Shown: positions 10,351 to 20,239, counted from the first letter of the stretch. The stretch is 64,000 nucleotides of DNA from Candidatus Hodarchaeota archaeon (GCA_016839815.1 JAEOTM010000047.1:47620-111619), one strand, 5' to 3'. The notes: generated by a model from the sequence alone, not told the origin. Translations and numbers: made by a program.

Positions 10351-11085
10351 GTGATTGAAACGACTGTAGAGATTATAAATCCTAGCCAGCTTAAAACTTC
10401 ATTATCACACCAAATATTTAAACTAACTGAGAATCTTAAAGCCGAGAATATCTCGTATGAAGAAATATTAGATCTCTTTCGGAATATCATTAAGGAGAGG
10501 GAGTTTTTAATTTCAGAGATAGATAATTTGAAATCCATCCTACAGACATATGAGTCAGTAATGCAAGTTAAATCTAATCCTTTGGTAATTACTTTATCAG
10601 AAATTGAAGAAAACTTGTACAATGATTTTGAAAGTTTGTCAAGCAAACTTGGTAGAAGTGATGGGGAAATTTTAAACATTTTGATGGAACTTTTTCTTGC
10701 GCGTAATGAGAAATATGCGTTTCCTAAGCTAACTGCGTCTGAACTAGTGGGAAGAGTAAAAGGAACTATTTCAACGGTGAGAATTCGAAATCATCGATTT
10801 TTGAGAATTTCTGACCAAGACCTAGAGAATTTGGATGGAAAGATAGATTTCGATAATATTAAGACCATTATCCTTGATGTTACTCCAGAGAATTTCGTTA
10901 AGTATGTCAATTCAATAAAAAGGTGTGCAGAGGTTCATGTTTCCACCACAATATCGAAGTTGATGGTATATGCGCGAACTAGTGAATGTCAAGAAATACA
11001 CTTCATTCCTCCTCAATCAGAGAATTGTCTGGAATATGCAAAAGAGGCAAATCAGGTTGTAGAAGAATGGAATAGTTACAAATGA
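10351..11085 (+). CDS. Putative RHH protein, paralogue 2, with an N-terminal coiled coil
   Basis: VITLSEIEENLYNDF..GEILNILM and LRISDQDLE..FVKYVNSIKRC align by eye with the upstream ORF. Confidence 0.6.
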   Translation: MIETTVEIINPSQLKTSLSHQIFKLTENLKAENISYEEILDLFRNIIKEREFLISEIDNLKSILQTYESVMQVKSNPLVITLSEIEENLYNDFESLSSKLGRSDGEILNILMELFLARNEKYAFPKLTASELVGRVKGTISTVRIRNHRFLRISDQDLENLDGKIDFDNIKTIILDVTPENFVKYVNSIKRCAEVHVSTTISKLMVYARTSECQEIHFIPPQSENCLEYAKEANQVVEEWNSYK

Positions 11086-11151
11086 TCTATTTTTCCTTAA
11101 ACCACCTTTACCATCCTGATTTACACTATGTAGGGCCCATATATTATCTGA

Positions 11152-12369
11152 TCAAAATGCTGTCATAATCAAGTAACCTGCAAGTGGTAAAATCAGAAGA
11201 GGGACTATTCCAATTAATAATCTCATTATTGATATTCTCTTCGTATCCATATCTGCGTTGTATTTTTCTAATGGCTTAAATCCTCGTCCAGTCATTTTAT
11301 ATTTGTTGTCGATAAGAATTGTCAGACTTGGTTGCTGGAAGAAAGAAATTCTATCAAATAATACATTTTCAAGTTCCTGAATTAATCCTTCAAATTTAAT
11401 TTGTGCAGCGGATAAATCACTAATAAGAGATTCATGGGGAGTATTTTTTAGTTCATCAAGAGTGATTTCTTTTGCTTCGATTAATTCTTTCAAAGAAGTA
11501 TCAATCTCCACATTACCCCCTTGGTACTTAAATATCCCAGATGCTCTCCAGTATTTGAACTCGTACTTTTGGGCTTGGAATTCTCCAAAATAACCTTCAC
11601 CACCGCAAGAAGAACATTTTTGTTTTCCTGTTCCTTGACATGATGTGCAGGTTCTCTGTCCTGATCCACTACATGATATACATCGTTCTCTTCTCGTTTC
11701 AGATGTCTTCTTAGCATAGTTATATTGAGTTCGTGTTACTGAACCACTACCACCACAACTAGTGCATCGACTCTTTCCAGTAGAACTACACATTGAACAG
11801 TGTGACTTTCCTTGTCCACCACAACGCATACAAGACTGTTTCTTTAACGTACCAGCCACAGGATAGATTTTTGTGCTTTTCTCAAATGTTGTTGGAAAAT
11901 CTACGTTAATAGGTTCTGAAAAAAACTGTTGCTTTTGTGCTTCAGAATAACCCATTTTCTTAGATATGGTAGAAACTTTGTAAAATTCAGCTTCTCCTCT
12001 TGCTTCAAATAATAGTGCTCCTTCATCCGCAGTCCATTTCAAGCTCTTCAGGGGAGGAGTAGATCGTAATAAACCCCTTATTCCTCTCTGATGACTCCAC
12101 CACCAAAAATTAATCAGATCGTCTGTATCTAGAGGTATTTCCGAAGCAGGATGATCGAGAATCTCTGGACGTTTTATGGGACGAATTTTGGCATAAAAAA
12201 GAAATATTACTAAATAGATACCAATAGCTATACCCGAATATATTAACAAATGTGTGTCTATTTGAAAATCTTGGTTGATTACACCGTCATAAAGCCAAAA
12301 CGTAAGCACTCCCTCTAAAATAATTAGGATCGCTCCAAAGAAAATTACAGAATATATTTTTTTCATCAT
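11152..12369 (-). CDS. Membrane protein with DnaJ-type CxxCxGxG zinc-finger repeats (SSUH2-like)
   Basis: Six CxxC motifs (CMRC, CSMC, CTSC, CISC, CTSC, CSSC), two N-terminal TM helices and one C-terminal TM helix. No J domain. Confidence 0.7.
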   Translation of the reverse strand: MMKKIYSVIFFGAILIILEGVLTFWLYDGVINQDFQIDTHLLIYSGIAIGIYLVIFLFYAKIRPIKRPEILDHPASEIPLDTDDLINFWWWSHQRGIRGLLRSTPPLKSLKWTADEGALLFEARGEAEFYKVSTISKKMGYSEAQKQQFFSEPINVDFPTTFEKSTKIYPVAGTLKKQSCMRCGGQGKSHCSMCSSTGKSRCTSCGGSGSVTRTQYNYAKKTSETRRERCISCSGSGQRTCTSCQGTGKQKCSSCGGEGYFGEFQAQKYEFKYWRASGIFKYQGGNVEIDTSLKELIEAKEITLDELKNTPHESLISDLSAAQIKFEGLIQELENVLFDRISFFQQPSLTILIDNKYKMTGRGFKPLEKYNADMDTKRISIMRLLIGIVPLLILPLAGYLIMTAF

Positions 12370-12585
12370 TTACAACATCATTGTACGAGAATTTTCATAA
12401 CGTACAATTCCTTTTAGCAGTCAATGAATCTTAAAAAAACTTTCTATGGAAATTCATTGGGTTCTTTAGTTAGAGAATCTACTATTTATCCTTAGTTCAA
12501 AGAAGATTAGTGAAGAATATTCCAAAAATTACCTCCAACTAAAAGTATAAAAATAAAAATGTAAGAAAATTACATAATCATTTTA

Positions 12586-13254
12586 TTGGTGAGAAAGAAA
12601 ATGAAATTTGGTCCAACCTCCTTTTCGCATGATACAGAGCTTACTGAACCCATTACCTCTTTTGGTCCTTTAGTTGCTCGTGGAAACCTATATGCTCCTA
12701 AAATTTCAACTAATGGGCCCTGTTCAATTGGTGAAAACTTAGAAATCGGTGAAGCATTAAAAGTGAATGGGCCCCTAGTTATTAAGGGTTCATTTACTTG
12801 TCATAAAGATGCTTCGGCCAAAGTAAATGGTCCTGTTACAATAAATGGCGGAGTAATTGGTGGAAAAATAAAAATAAATGGACCCATGAAGTCACGTTAT
12901 GTAGAAGTTAGCTCTCTTAAGGTAAATGGACCAGTAAACATTACAGAAGATATCATTGCTAAAGATAGTGTTGTACTTGGTGTGGGAAGGTCGAGTAAAA
13001 GTCGAGAGAATCAATCTGTAGAAGTGGGAGGAGTCATTGATGCTCCTCACATTCGGATTACAAATTATTCATCGATGTTTTCACCGGCGAAAATCATCAA
13101 AAAAGTAATCGGATTGAAGGATAAGTTTGAGAGAGTCCTAGTTCTGGAAGACCTCAAATTTAAAGCTAAAACTCTTGAATTAGAGGGAATTGAACTTGAG
13201 AATTGTGATACTTCAGAAGTTGATGAGATAATCAAACTCCATTCTACTAAATAA
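12586..13254 (+). CDS. Bactofilin-like (polymer-forming beta-helix) protein
   Basis: Periodic (K/S)(V/I/T)NGP-hydrophobic repeats with Gly-rich beta strands. Confidence 0.6.
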   Translation: MVRKKMKFGPTSFSHDTELTEPITSFGPLVARGNLYAPKISTNGPCSIGENLEIGEALKVNGPLVIKGSFTCHKDASAKVNGPVTINGGVIGGKIKINGPMKSRYVEVSSLKVNGPVNITEDIIAKDSVVLGVGRSSKSRENQSVEVGGVIDAPHIRITNYSSMFSPAKIIKKVIGLKDKFERVLVLEDLKFKAKTLELEGIELENCDTSEVDEIIKLHSTK

Positions 13255-13320
13255 GGGGAAATACTTACCCTGTAGTCTGCAATTACATCCAAATCTTTCG
13301 AAGATTAACCGTAATTCAAT

Positions 13321-14223
13321 GTGGTCCACAACGTGAATACACCGTCCTCGCAAAAAACGTTTTTTCAAATGGTTCGAGGTCTTTTTATCCTAGGTAGACC
13401 AGTAGATGGAATTATAATTGGGTGTACCGCTGTTCTAGGAATGATAGTTGGCTTACACTCTGTTCCGTCTACATTTCAAATAGTTCTCGGAATTTTGTGC
13501 GGTATTTTACTCCTCGCAGGAATGGATACCTTCAATGATTACCTGGATATCGAAATAGATAGTATGTCCAAACCATGGCGACCACTACCAGCTGGAATTG
13601 TAGATCGTCAATTAGCATTACTAGCTGCGATCGTAGAAACCATAAGTGCATTTATTCTAGGTTATATCCTTTTTAACTATCAAGCAATTGTAATTGGTTT
13701 GGTAGCTGTTATCCTGGCGGTTGTATACTCAAAATGGTTAAAACCCATTTTCCTAGCAAAAAATGTTATAGTAGCATTTAGTTTATCCTTAACATTTCTA
13801 GGAGGGGCTTTAGCAGTAAATTCTACCCCAGTGATAGACAATACATTTCTTTTACTACAATCTCTTGTCTTTCTTACAGCGTTTACTTTTGAAATCCACA
13901 AAGATCTAGGAGATCTAGCTGGTGATAAAGATCATGATGTGACAACATTCCCAATTCGATTTGGAATGAGCAATACCGTTTGGTTTATTAACCTCTGTTA
14001 TACCTTAGCATGGTGTATTGCTTTGTTATTCATATTCATTCTTGAAATAGATCTTTTTTATCTTATTATTGTTATGATAACAGCAATATTATTGGCATTA
14101 GTGATGTATTTATTAATTAAAAATCCTGTAAAGTATATCGAATTGACTAGAAGAATCACAACCCTAGTAATGGGATTTATCCTACTTGGTTTAGCTCATA
14201 TCTCATTATTGACTTATTCTTAA
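13321..14223 (+). CDS. Digeranylgeranylglyceryl phosphate synthase-like UbiA prenyltransferase
   Basis: LGRP, FNDYLDIEIDSMSKPWRPLPAG, YSKWLK, KNVIVA, EIHKDLGDLAGD: the archaeal DGGGPS pattern. Confidence 0.85.
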   Translation: MVHNVNTPSSQKTFFQMVRGLFILGRPVDGIIIGCTAVLGMIVGLHSVPSTFQIVLGILCGILLLAGMDTFNDYLDIEIDSMSKPWRPLPAGIVDRQLALLAAIVETISAFILGYILFNYQAIVIGLVAVILAVVYSKWLKPIFLAKNVIVAFSLSLTFLGGALAVNSTPVIDNTFLLLQSLVFLTAFTFEIHKDLGDLAGDKDHDVTTFPIRFGMSNTVWFINLCYTLAWCIALLFIFILEIDLFYLIIVMITAILLALVMYLLIKNPVKYIELTRRITTLVMGFILLGLAHISLLTYS

Positions 14224-14233
14224 CGTAAATTGC

Positions 14234-15688
14234 TCATTCTTTCTCCTTAATTCCTGACAGAAATTTCACAATAGCTTTTCTGGAATCCACATCATATTGC
14301 TTGAGAATGGCAATATCTTCCATAACAGGAGACCCACCTCCATGAACTCCAGCTACGGCAAATACACCACCTATCGAAGAGCATAATACCTCAGAAATAG
14401 ATCTATAGAGTTTATAGACATCTTTAGCAGGAATATCAGCTTTGCGTTTGATATATTTTTGTAAAAGGGGACCAATCTTCTCTTCATCAAAAAAATCTCT
14501 CTCGAAAGGTAGGGTTGCGGGTAAACCACCTGATAAATCAGCTAGTATATCCATTTCATGATAATAATTCTTCCCAGCATGTTTTCTACCAACATTACAG
14601 AACATTGGGTCAGGAATCATTGTTCCACACTCATCCTTGGTTGCTTTATATGCAGCGGCAATACCACTGGCGTAAACTAATTCAGCAACACTAATCAAAT
14701 CTGCTAGTTTAGATTGGACATGTTTTTTATCTTCAATACCATTGTATTCACTCACAAGGGCAGAATACCCTAATATGATATCTGTTGAGGAAGGTTTACA
14801 TCCTGTATAGCTATGTCGATGGTACAAAGCAAAAAGAAGAGCTAACCAACCACCGAATTGATGTTCACCCTCATAACCTCCTAAAAACACTCGTTCATTA
14901 GGGATAAAAACATCATCAAAAACAACAGTGGTTTCAACATCCCCAAAAAAGCCAGCGGGGTAGGGATCAAACTCTGATTGCCTTTTTGATTCAGCACGTG
15001 TGACAAGATAAACACCTTCCCAGTCGCCCGGGATCGAAAATGCGACAGAATATTCATCCTCTTCAGGAGTGAGAAAACGAGTAGGAGTTACAATGATCTC
15101 TTCTGCAACAGAAGCAGCAGTAATATGGTGTTTAGCTCCTCTAACAACAATTCCATCCTCTCTATGTTCAATTACTCGTAAATAAAGGTCGGGATCAGCC
15201 TGTTGATGTGGTCTTAAGGATCGATCACCTTTAGGATCAGTTTGAGCACAACAACCTACAGTATCATCCTCCTGCCAATGTCTTAACATTGCTAAGAATC
15301 GCTGATTGTAAGGTCTTTCAGTCATCATTTCTGCTCTAGCTGTTATAACTGATAAAGCATTCAATGCATCAACCCCCATACACCTAAATATACATCCACC
15401 CGTGTAATGACAAATTTCTCTGGTCAAATCTTGTTTCTTTAATAAATCATCTACTGATTGATGGATATGTGTGAATCTGTTGATTATTTTATCGGTTAAA
15501 TGAGATTTGGCCACGATTAGATCCTTAAGATTTTTATCATCAACGCAATCAAATGTTTTACAAAGGACATTTATTGCACCTGCCAGTCTTGGATCATCTC
15601 TCCTGACCTGTTCTCCATTAATATAGACATTTGGTTTCATTTTGTATAATTGATCTTTATATTCTTGAGAGGTTTTCACTAGTTCCAC
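14234..15688 (-). CDS. abfD: 4-hydroxybutyryl-CoA dehydratase family protein (FAD/[4Fe-4S])
   Basis: GGCIFRCMGVD, QTDPKGDRSLRP, VRGAKHHIT, YHRHSYTGCK, HGGGSP. The Cys/His Fe-S ligands are retained. Confidence 0.8.
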   Translation of the reverse strand: MELVKTSQEYKDQLYKMKPNVYINGEQVRRDDPRLAGAINVLCKTFDCVDDKNLKDLIVAKSHLTDKIINRFTHIHQSVDDLLKKQDLTREICHYTGGCIFRCMGVDALNALSVITARAEMMTERPYNQRFLAMLRHWQEDDTVGCCAQTDPKGDRSLRPHQQADPDLYLRVIEHREDGIVVRGAKHHITAASVAEEIIVTPTRFLTPEEDEYSVAFSIPGDWEGVYLVTRAESKRQSEFDPYPAGFFGDVETTVVFDDVFIPNERVFLGGYEGEHQFGGWLALLFALYHRHSYTGCKPSSTDIILGYSALVSEYNGIEDKKHVQSKLADLISVAELVYASGIAAAYKATKDECGTMIPDPMFCNVGRKHAGKNYYHEMDILADLSGGLPATLPFERDFFDEEKIGPLLQKYIKRKADIPAKDVYKLYRSISEVLCSSIGGVFAVAGVHGGGSPVMEDIAILKQYDVDSRKAIVKFLSGIKEKE

Positions 15689-15784
15689 AAGCCATTGTAT
15701 AAATCTACTCTAGTAACCTAGAATTAATATTTTTTAAATCTTCAGGGGGATTTAACAATTGCCAAGATCCAGACTTGTCTAGGT

Positions 15785-16141
15785 GTGAAATTTATGCAAA
15801 CTATAACGATAATTCTAAATGATGCTCCCTATGGATCTGAAAGATCCTATAATGGACTAAGAACAGCAATAGCCCTACAAAAGAAAGATACTCAAGTGAA
15901 TGTATTTCTAATAGCGGATTCTGTATACTGTGGTCTAGGAGATCAATCAACTCCGGAAGGATATTATAATATTGGACGTATGATCCGGGGTGTAACAACG
16001 AGGGGAAAAATCGGTTCATGTGGTGCATGTATGGATGCTAGAGGTCTTTCTAATCTTCAATTAATCAAAGGAGTACACAGAAGCTCAATGGCTGAATTAG
16101 CAGATTGGGTTCTATCCAGTGATAAAGTTATTACATTTTAA
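15785..16141 (+). CDS. DsrE/YchN-family protein
   Basis: NDAPYGSERSYNGLR, VFLIADSV, CGACMDARG, MAELADW. Confidence 0.88.
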   Translation: MKFMQTITIILNDAPYGSERSYNGLRTAIALQKKDTQVNVFLIADSVYCGLGDQSTPEGYYNIGRMIRGVTTRGKIGSCGACMDARGLSNLQLIKGVHRSSMAELADWVLSSDKVITF

Positions 16142-16164
16142 TCCTAGATGCAAGCAGTTGATTA

Positions 16165-18549
16165 TTAAGTACTCATATGCTCTGTTCGATGGATAATCTC
16201 ATTTTGCAATTCTATACCTAAGTTAACAAAGAGATCACTGTAGCCGGCAACTCTAACAATCAAATTTCTGTACTTTTCAGGATTTTTCTGAGCATCCCGT
16301 AGAGTTTCCACAGATACAACATTAAATTGTATGTGATGACCATCCATCTTAAAATATGAACGTACAAGATGAGCTACTTTCTTTAATGATTTTTCATCAT
16401 CAAGAAATTTAGGGGAAAATTTCTGATTTAGAAGAGTCCCACCTGTTCTTTCATGATCTATTTTCGCTACTGATTTAATCACAGCAGTTGGTCCTTTAAT
16501 ATCAGCACCTTGAACTGGTGAGACCCCTTCGGATAACGGTTCATGAGCTAGTCGTCCATCAGGAAGAGCACCGATCATTCGGCCGAAATATACGTGTACA
16601 GTTGTAGGGAGAAGATTCACGCGATGATGACCACCCTTAGTATTTGGTCTACCATCAATTGCATTCCAATAAATCTCAAAAACCTGTTTCATCACATCAT
16701 CCGCATAATCCTCATCGTTCCCATATTTCGGAGTTTCTGTTAGTAATCTTCTTCTTAATTCTTTAGACTCATTGAAGTTCGTTTTTAAAGCATTTACTAA
16801 CTCTTCCATACTCACATGTTTGTTATCATATACATTATACTTAATTGCTGCAAGTGAATCAGTTATTGAACCTAACCCTACTCCTTGGATATAAGAACTA
16901 TTGTAGCGAGCTCCTCCATCATTATAATCCTTTCCTTTCTGAATACAATCTTTGGTGAGAAGAGACATGAATGGAGCAGGAAGAATTTGGGCCCATAACC
17001 GCTCGATAATGTTGTTACCTTTAATTTTAACATCTATGAAATAATTCATTTGTTTAGTAAAAGCTAGAACTAATTCATTAAATGTAGAAAACTTCGTTGG
17101 GTCACCAGTCTCCAAACCAATTAGTTTTCCGGTATTAGGATCTGTACCGTTGTTTAACGTAATTTCAAGTACTTTAGGAATGTTGAAATATCCTGTAAGG
17201 ATATAGGCTTCTTTTCCAAAGGCTCCTGCTTCTACGCAGCCCGAAGCTCCTCCCGCTCTAGCATCAATAATCGATTTTCCTTGTCGGGTTAGCTCTTGAA
17301 TTATTGTGTCGGTGTTGAAAACAGAGGGTTGTCCGTATCCAGTTTTGATAATATCCAATGCACGCTTCAAGAACCGATCAGGAGACTTCCTACTGATTTG
17401 TACCATTGAACTAGGTTGAAGTAGACGCATCTCTTCGATAACATCAAGCAGGACATACGACAGTTTATTAACTGCATTTGATCCATCGCTCTTCACTCCT
17501 CCAATATTGATTAAACAAAAGTCTGTATAAGTATTACTTTCTTCAGCGGTTACTCCGACCTTAGGAGGTGCGGGTTGATTATTAAATTTAACCCAAAATG
17601 CCTGTAACAATTCTTTAATGAATTCCTCGTTATGGATCCCTTCAGCTAAATCCTTTTTATATAACGGATATAAATTTTGATCAAGTCTTCCTGGATTAAA
17701 TGAATCCCAAGTATTTAACTCTGTAATAACGCCAAGATGTATGAACCAATAGTGTTGAAGTGCTTCCCAGACATTTTGGGGTGCATTAGCTGGAACATTG
17801 GTACAAATTTCTGCAATAGTATTTAACTCTCTTTTTCTTTTAGAATCTGTTTCCTTTTCTGCTAGTTCCTTAGCTTTCTTTGAATAACGTTCTGCAACTA
17901 CAATGAGTGCTTCTGCGGCAATGGACATTGCAGTTAATTCTTCTTTCTTATTCAGAGCTTCAGGATCATTGAAAAAACTACTACTCCCGTTTAATGACTC
18001 GATACTTGCTTTAATTTTCTTCTGAAAATCCTTCATCCCATTGATCCATAGATGGGCTCCTCCTACTGTGTGACCCGGAGCTCTTTGCTCCATAAATTCG
18101 GTGAATATCCCTGCATGATACGATTCGATCCATTCTATATCCATTGCCGAAAATATCTTATCTCTGATCGATCTTCCTTCCCAAAATGGAGAGATTAATT
18201 CCTTTTGAAGCTTCTTTACTTCTTCATCTACTGTAAAACTAATTTTATCACGAGAATTAAGGATTTCAAAATCTTCTTGAGTATGAGTACAGATTTCTGG
18301 ATATGTAGGTGTAGCGGTCGGTTCAGGTCCCCGTTCTCCAACTATTAATTCTCCCTCGTTAATACATATCTTTTTGTTTTCTAAAATGTATTTAAAAGCT
18401 TGAGCTCGAGCTACTGGAACTGATACACGATCTGCAGCTCCACTTTGATAAAATTCCGTAAGTAATTTCGCTCTTTCTATTGATAATGATGGTTGAGCAT
18501 TCACACTCTGTTCTCGAAGTCGTTTTATCCTCTCGTTCATGTCATCCAC
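16165..18549 (-). CDS. hypD: Glycyl radical enzyme, trans-4-hydroxy-L-proline dehydratase
   Basis: FMEQRAPGHT, ELNTWDSFNPGRLDQ, NNQPAPPKVG..ESNTYTDF, SGCVE, LPTTVHVYFG and RVAGYS match HypD-specific motifs. Confidence 0.9.
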   Translation of the reverse strand: MDDMNERIKRLREQSVNAQPSLSIERAKLLTEFYQSGAADRVSVPVARAQAFKYILENKKICINEGELIVGERGPEPTATPTYPEICTHTQEDFEILNSRDKISFTVDEEVKKLQKELISPFWEGRSIRDKIFSAMDIEWIESYHAGIFTEFMEQRAPGHTVGGAHLWINGMKDFQKKIKASIESLNGSSSFFNDPEALNKKEELTAMSIAAEALIVVAERYSKKAKELAEKETDSKRKRELNTIAEICTNVPANAPQNVWEALQHYWFIHLGVITELNTWDSFNPGRLDQNLYPLYKKDLAEGIHNEEFIKELLQAFWVKFNNQPAPPKVGVTAEESNTYTDFCLINIGGVKSDGSNAVNKLSYVLLDVIEEMRLLQPSSMVQISRKSPDRFLKRALDIIKTGYGQPSVFNTDTIIQELTRQGKSIIDARAGGASGCVEAGAFGKEAYILTGYFNIPKVLEITLNNGTDPNTGKLIGLETGDPTKFSTFNELVLAFTKQMNYFIDVKIKGNNIIERLWAQILPAPFMSLLTKDCIQKGKDYNDGGARYNSSYIQGVGLGSITDSLAAIKYNVYDNKHVSMEELVNALKTNFNESKELRRRLLTETPKYGNDEDYADDVMKQVFEIYWNAIDGRPNTKGGHHRVNLLPTTVHVYFGRMIGALPDGRLAHEPLSEGVSPVQGADIKGPTAVIKSVAKIDHERTGGTLLNQKFSPKFLDDEKSLKKVAHLVRSYFKMDGHHIQFNVVSVETLRDAQKNPEKYRNLIVRVAGYSDLFVNLGIELQNEIIHRTEHMST

Positions 18550-19330
18550 CTATAGAGACTTTGGTTCCATGACTTTCAAATTCATATTTAATTTTATTCA
18601 GCTCTTTATCGGAAGGAGTTCGTACTTTGTTACCCAATCTATAATGACGGTTTAATCTTGGATATTTTCCCTCGCCTAAGTGATTGTACGGTAAGATATT
18701 TACTTCAGTTATTGAACTTAATTGTGAAATATATCCACCTAGATCTGCAATATTGGATCGAGTATCTGTGATTCCTGGAATAATCGGAATTCGTATGATT
18801 ACTGATTCATTCTCACTATTGAGATACTCTAGGTTCTTCAATATCGATTCGTTAGATACTCCTGTGTATTTCTGATGTAATTTATCATCAATAAATTTTA
18901 AGTCATATAAGTAAAGATTTAATTTGCCTAGTAAGGATTTCAATAGCTTCTGAGATCCATAACCAGTGGTATCAATTGCAGTATGAATATCCTCTTTGCT
19001 ACAACTATCTATCAGTGCTATCAAAAATTCTGATTGCAGTAATGGTTCTCCTCCGGAAAAAGTTACACCCCCATTAGATTCTTCGTAAAAAATTATATCC
19101 TTCCGAATTTCTTTCATTATATACTTAGTATCAACAACCTTTCCCACTATCTCAGTTTCTTCAGAATTAGGTCGCTTAATTGGTTCAGGATCGATGTTTT
19201 GACTTTCTGGATTATGACACCACCAACAGTTCAGGGGACACCCTTTGAAAAAGACAGTAGTTCGTATCCCTGGTCCGTCATGAACAGCAAATCGTTTAAT
19301 GTCAAAAATTGTACCTGTGAGATGATTCAT
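18542..19330 (-). CDS. Glycyl-radical enzyme activating protein (radical SAM)
   Basis: HDGPGIRTTVFFKGCPLNCWWCHNPES, GGVTFSGGEP. Overlaps the hypD start. Confidence 0.93.
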   Translation of the reverse strand: MNHLTGTIFDIKRFAVHDGPGIRTTVFFKGCPLNCWWCHNPESQNIDPEPIKRPNSEETEIVGKVVDTKYIMKEIRKDIIFYEESNGGVTFSGGEPLLQSEFLIALIDSCSKEDIHTAIDTTGYGSQKLLKSLLGKLNLYLYDLKFIDDKLHQKYTGVSNESILKNLEYLNSENESVIIRIPIIPGITDTRSNIADLGGYISQLSSITEVNILPYNHLGEGKYPRLNRHYRLGNKVRTPSDKELNKIKYEFESHGTKVSIGG

Positions 19331-19393
19331 ACTTGAGTTCTTCTTCGTTGATGAGGTTTATAATTCTTCAGCTTTTATTTCCAAGAAGTAAGA

Positions 19394-20239
19394 TTATTTG
19401 ACTTTCTTGAATATACTTGAACCTAGAATCAATGAGAGTATAATTAATTCATATCTGACCCAAGGACTACTAGCACCAGAAGTCTGAGTGGAAAGGGGAG
19501 GTGGAGAAGTATAATACTTTGTAATGGTAGAATTACTACTAGGATCTTCTGTAATCGTGTAATTATAATAAACAGGTAACGAATCATCTACATAGGGGGA
19601 ATCAGAGTACCGACCAGTACTCTCCCAAAAACCTAAGTAATCTTGGCTAGTAATCTCGATATGTGTTAGCCATTTGATCCATTTGTATCCATAAAACCTG
19701 GGACAGACTAATCTAATCGGAAAACCATGATCAACTGGTAACGGAACACCATTCATCTCATAAGCAAGAATTACATCGTTCCAATAGGCTTCATTAATTG
19801 ACAAACTCGTCGAATATCCTTCTGGAGAATGATCCGGGGTACGAAATATAACATCCACAGCTTTTTCGGTTTTTATCTCAGCTAAATTCAGAATTTCTGA
19901 TAATCTGACTCCTGTCCAGTTTGCTACTCCCGTTAAACCAACACCTCCATATGTGTAAGCTATACACGTTAGCCGTACTATTTCGAAAGTGACTGGTAAT
20001 GCTTTAATTTCACCCAAACTCAAGTTTAAAGGATTATAGATATCTCCAGAGACTATCAAACGGTAAGTCGTCGGATCCAGTTCAAAATAATCGATCGCAG
20101 TGGTGAAAAATGATTCATTAGAAGTAATTGGATATCCATTATCGATTTTAGCTTGAATAGGTATGCTTTTACCAAGAACTCCTAGTATTAGAAAAAGAAG
20201 AAGATAATTAGTTTTCCATTTTTGGTGTAACCAATGCAT
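19394..20239 (-). CDS. Molybdopterin-dependent oxidoreductase (sulfite oxidase/MsrP-YuiH family), membrane-anchored, copy 1
   Basis: RLTC Mo-ligand Cys, WTGVRLSEIL, GYSTSL, LAYEMNGVPLPVDHGFPIRLV, YGYKWIKWL, GFWE. Probable start at ATG 20239 (ORF track starts at 20296). Confidence 0.88.
   Translation of the reverse strand: MHWLHQKWKTNYLLLFLILGVLGKSIPIQAKIDNGYPITSNESFFTTAIDYFELDPTTYRLIVSGDIYNPLNLSLGEIKALPVTFEIVRLTCIAYTYGGVGLTGVANWTGVRLSEILNLAEIKTEKAVDVIFRTPDHSPEGYSTSLSINEAYWNDVILAYEMNGVPLPVDHGFPIRLVCPRFYGYKWIKWLTHIEITSQDYLGFWESTGRYSDSPYVDDSLPVYYNYTITEDPSSNSTITKYYTSPPPLSTQTSGASSPWVRYELIILSLILGSSIFKKVK

Noticed and set aside
16165-18549. Pyruvate formate-lyase or choline TMA-lyase
   Set aside because: It has a single-Cys SGCVE loop rather than the PFL CC pair, and HypD-specific motifs are present.
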